This document shows positions 59,979 to 64,000 of a stretch of 64,000 nucleotides of DNA, piece after piece (positions within the stretch are counted from its first letter, which is position 1; every line of letters begins with the position of its first letter). The DNA comes from an uncultured Alphaproteobacteria bacterium. GTDB taxonomy: Bacteria; Pseudomonadota; Alphaproteobacteria; Rhizobiales; Beijerinckiaceae. The position numbers and the translations under genes are program-made. A model generated the notes under the pieces. It ran no database searches, had not been told where the DNA came from, and worked only from the letters and a program-made list of their open reading frames with translations. The stretch lies in assembly GCA_963835955.1 (NCBI GenBank), contig CAWIHZ010000006.1:11118-75117 (forward strand). The letters run 5' to 3'.

Positions 59979-61649
59979 ATGCTCGCGCGTCTCTCCATTC
60001 GCGACGTGGTGCTGATCGACCAGCTTGATCTCGAATTCGCCGCTGGCCTGACGGTCCTCACCGGCGAGACCGGCGCGGGCAAATCGATCCTCCTGGACGC
60101 GCTGTCGCTGGCGCTCGGCGCGCGAGGAGACGGCGGACTCGTTCGTCACGGCCAGGCTCAAGGGCAGGTGACCGCGGTGTTCGAATTGCCGTCCGGCCAC
60201 GCCGCCCACGCGCTGCTCGAAGGCCAGGACATCGAAATCGGCGATGAGCTGATCCTGAGGCGCGTGCAGTTCGCCGACGGCAGAACTCGGGCCTATGTCA
60301 ACGACCAGAGCGTCAGCGCGCAGGCGATGCGCGCGCTGGCTTCTGCGTTGGTCGAGATTCACGGCCAGCACGACGAACGCGCGCTGACCGATCCGGCGGC
60401 TCACAGGGCGCTGGTTGACGCCTATGCCGGGCTCGAGTCGCTGGCCGAGGCGACCGCGGAGGCTTTCGCCGCCCTGCGCGAGGCCGAGCGCGCGTTGGAC
60501 GCCGAGCGTGGCCGCGTCCTGGCGGCGCAGGCGGACGCCGAATTCGCCCGCCATGCCCATGACGAATTGTCGCGCCTTGCCGTTCAGCCGGGCGAAGAGG
60601 AGGCGCTGGCGTCGCGGCGGCAGGCGATGATGCAGGGCGAGAAGGTCGCAGCCGACATTCGTGACGCCCGCAGTCATCTTGCGGGGGATGCGTCGGTCCT
60701 GCCGGTGCTGCTCTCGCTCTCTCGCCGGCTGCAACGCCGCATGCCCCAGGCGCCGGGCCTTATCGAGCCCAGCGTCAGGGCGCTCGACGAGGCGATCGAG
60801 GCGGTAGAGGGGGCGACCCGCGCGATCGAGCAGGCGGTCGAGGCCTGCGAATATGATCCGCGCGAACTGGAGCGCTGCGAGGAGCGCCTGTTCGCGCTGC
60901 GGGCGATGGGGCGCAAATATGGCGTCCCGGTCGAATCCCTGCCGGCGACGGCGCGGAAATACGCCGACGATCTGGCGGCGCTCGAAGCAGGACGCGGTGA
61001 GGTCGCCCGGCTCGAGGCTGGCGTGGCGAGCGCGAGCGCCGCCTATTGCGCGGCCGCGCGCGCGCTCAGCGACGCGCGCGGCCGCGGCGCCCGCGAACTC
61101 GAAGAGGCGGTGGCGACCGAACTGCCGCCGCTCAAGCTCGAACGGGCCCGCTTCAGCGTCGATTTGCGGCGCGACGAGACGCTGGTTTCGGCCAATGGCT
61201 ATGATCGGTCGGAGTTCTTCGTCCGCACCAATCCTGGCTCGCGGCTCGGCCCGCTCATGAAGGTCGCTTCGGGCGGCGAACTCGCCCGCTTCCTGCTGGC
61301 GATCAAGGTGTCTCTGGCCGAACGGGGCACGGCGCCGACCCTCGTATTCGACGAAATCGACACTGGCGTCGGCGGCGCGGTCGCCGACGCCATCGGACAG
61401 CGCCTCGCCCGGCTCTCTTCGAGGGCGCAGGTGTTGGCCGTCACCCACGCGCCGCAAGTGGCCGCGCGGGCGCAGAATCACTATCGCATCGTCAAAACCA
61501 ATGTGGGTGACGACGATCGCGTCGCGACCCGCGTGTCCCGCCTGGGTTCGGGCGAGCGGCGCGAGGAAATCGCCCGCATGCTGGCGGGGGCCGAGATCAC
61601 GCGCGAGGCGCGCGCGGCGGCGACGAGCCTGATTGAGAAGGCCGGATGA
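59979..61649 (+). CDS. recN: DNA repair protein RecN
   Basis: MLARLSIRDVVLIDQLDLEFAAGLTVLTGETGAGKSILLDAL..., coiled-coil middle, C-terminal ASGGELARFLLAIK...VFDEIDTGVGG. Confidence 0.95.
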   Translation: MLARLSIRDVVLIDQLDLEFAAGLTVLTGETGAGKSILLDALSLALGARGDGGLVRHGQAQGQVTAVFELPSGHAAHALLEGQDIEIGDELILRRVQFADGRTRAYVNDQSVSAQAMRALASALVEIHGQHDERALTDPAAHRALVDAYAGLESLAEATAEAFAALREAERALDAERGRVLAAQADAEFARHAHDELSRLAVQPGEEEALASRRQAMMQGEKVAADIRDARSHLAGDASVLPVLLSLSRRLQRRMPQAPGLIEPSVRALDEAIEAVEGATRAIEQAVEACEYDPRELERCEERLFALRAMGRKYGVPVESLPATARKYADDLAALEAGRGEVARLEAGVASASAAYCAAARALSDARGRGARELEEAVATELPPLKLERARFSVDLRRDETLVSANGYDRSEFFVRTNPGSRLGPLMKVASGGELARFLLAIKVSLAERGTAPTLVFDEIDTGVGGAVADAIGQRLARLSSRAQVLAVTHAPQVAARAQNHYRIVKTNVGDDDRVATRVSRLGSGERREEIARMLAGAEITREARAAATSLIEKAG

Positions 61650-61795
61650 CCGCCGAAGAGCGCGCTTCCTTGCACCCGAAAGGGCTTGCCCGGCCGCCCT
61701 CTTTGGCCCTATCAAGCCTTGATCCTACAAGTCTTGGGCCCGTCACGCCTCGGGCCGCTGTGAGGCTCGCTCCGTTTGCTTTATTGAGGAACGAC

Positions 61796-61972
61796 ATGAG
61801 CCCGGACGACGCCGGGAGCAAAAGCCAGGACCGGCGGCGGGCGCGTCTTTCCGCCTCGCTGCGAGAGAATTTGAAGCGGCGCAAGACCCAGCAGCGCTTG
61901 CGCGCGGCCAAGACGACGCCGGGGCGGTCGGCCGAGGATGAGAGTCCGACGCCCGGGGATTTGAAGAGCTGA
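61796..61972 (+). CDS. small basic hypothetical protein
   Basis: [36 protein letters not shown]... with SD GAGGA. The track ORF starts at 61646 (ATGA overlap with recN), but its first 50 codons look non-coding. The family is not identified. Confidence 0.45.
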   Translation: MSPDDAGSKSQDRRRARLSASLRENLKRRKTQQRLRAAKTTPGRSAEDESPTPGDLKS

Positions 61973-62040
61973 CGTCGCGACCACAAGGGGAGCGCCGAGC
62001 CTCATTCGATCGATTGAATCGGGGTCGGAAGGAACGGGGA

Positions 62041-63330
<1,290 letters not shown>

Positions 63331-63335
63331 AAGCG

Positions 63336-63791
63336 ATGCCCGGCTCCGCCCAACCGCTCAAACTCGTCGCGCTCGACCGCGAGGGCCTTGGCGTCATATC
63401 CGCGCATGCGCAGAACACCTGCGTCAGGCGCTCCGACATGGTGTGGCTGCCGAGTCAGCGCCGCTTCGTGGTTGCGGGGATGCGCTACGACTGGGTTGGC
63501 GCGAAGACGGGGCCGCAGGAGCGGGTGGCGAGCGTTCTGCGTTTCGACCGGGTGCTGAAAGTCGCCCATCTCGGATTGAGCGACACCGACGAGGGCGCGA
63601 TGCTCAACCTTCTGGCGGTGACGTTCGAAAAGACCGACCCGCCCGCCGGCATGATCATTCTCGCCTTCGCCGACGGCGCTCTGGTGCGGCTCGAGGTCGA
63701 ATGCGTCGAGGCCGAGCTTCGCGACATGGGGTTGCGCCAACCGGCGCAGTCTTGCGCCGGTCACGCGCTTTCGAACGCGTCGGCGGTCTGA
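63336..63791 (+). CDS. DUF2948 family protein
   Basis: LKLVALDREGLGVISAHAQNTCVRRSDMVWLPSQRRFVVAGMRYDW... matches my memory of DUF2948, which typically sits between murA and hisD in alphaproteobacteria. Confidence 0.75.
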   Translation: MPGSAQPLKLVALDREGLGVISAHAQNTCVRRSDMVWLPSQRRFVVAGMRYDWVGAKTGPQERVASVLRFDRVLKVAHLGLSDTDEGAMLNLLAVTFEKTDPPAGMIILAFADGALVRLEVECVEAELRDMGLRQPAQSCAGHALSNASAV

Positions 63792-63825
63792 GGCTGGTGC
63801 GCCGGAGATTTGCCGATGGCGATTG

Positions 63826-64000
63826 CGCTCGATATGGGGTCGGCGGATTTCGAGCCGCGGTTCGCCGCGCTTCTCGGCGCCAAACGCGAATCCGCGGCCG
63901 AGGTCGACGCCACGGTCGCGGCCATCATCGCGGACGTGCGCGCGCGCGGCGATGAGGCGCTCGCGGAATATTGCCGCCGCTTCGATCGGGTCGACATCGG
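63826..64000 (+). CDS. hisD: histidinol dehydrogenase, N-terminal 58 codons (runs off the right edge)
   Basis: MAIALDMGSADFEPRFAALLGAKRESAAEVDATVAAIIADVRARGDEALAEYCRRFDRVDI is typical of the HisD N-terminus. Not in the track because it is open at the window end. Confidence 0.8.

Noticed and set aside
61646-61795. The ATGA-coupled start at 61646 for the small ORF after recN
   Set aside because: The first 50 codons (MTAEERASLHPKGLARPPSLALSSLDPTSLGP...) look non-coding, while ATG 61796 has a GAGGA SD and begins the basic, conserved-looking part. The upstream start cannot be excluded.

Overview
This is a 64-kb, visibly GC-rich chromosomal segment. Its gene order looks alphaproteobacterial (Hyphomicrobiales-like); that is an inference from synteny and protein motifs only.

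Most of the window is housekeeping. Left to right:
- a minus-strand sugar-type ABC / creatininase-family / ribokinase operon (1-4947)
- a UPF0182 membrane protein
- a TetR gene divergent from a three-subunit xanthine-dehydrogenase-family molybdoenzyme (10148-14736)
- prs
- a BMP-family nucleoside ABC importer plus cdd (18643-23862); its expected partners punA-deoA-ghrA lie 8.3 kb further on (32149-35242)
- an ICL/PEP-mutase-family gene, a SAM methyltransferase, a DegP-like protease and a class II aldolase
- a korC-like/korA/korB 2-oxoacid oxidoreductase cluster followed by an ornithine-cyclodeaminase-family gene
- the distal cell-division/envelope block murC-murB-ddl-ftsQ-ftsA-ftsZ-lpxC-bamD-recN-murA-DUF2948-hisD (50251-64000)

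Accessory material fills the gaps: a TA-flanked IS630-family copy, an IS630 stub, an ISNCY stub, an ISAzo13-family IS, about 1.5 kb with no credible ORF, and an AraC/BKACE/DUF4239/HdeA-like/VOC/CMD islet.

The most unusual locus is 46.36-49.48 kb:
- An IS200-like HUH/Y1 (RAYT-type) transposase gene is bracketed by perfect 19-bp inverted repeats.
- Six copies of the repeat core occur within 3.1 kb.
- There are nested partial duplications of the transposase and of a PEPxxWA-CTERM gene.
- A seven-fold GTAATAC stutter array grows directly out of one repeat end.

Three otherwise intact genes carry single-base frameshifts (IS630 transposase, CMD-family, korC-like). These are either gene decay or assembly errors.

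I saw no rRNA, tRNA or CRISPR array by eye. I did not find a convincing multi-gene novel system such as a defence island. The RAYT/repeat locus is my best candidate for something undescribed. All homology calls come from reading the translations; no searches were run.
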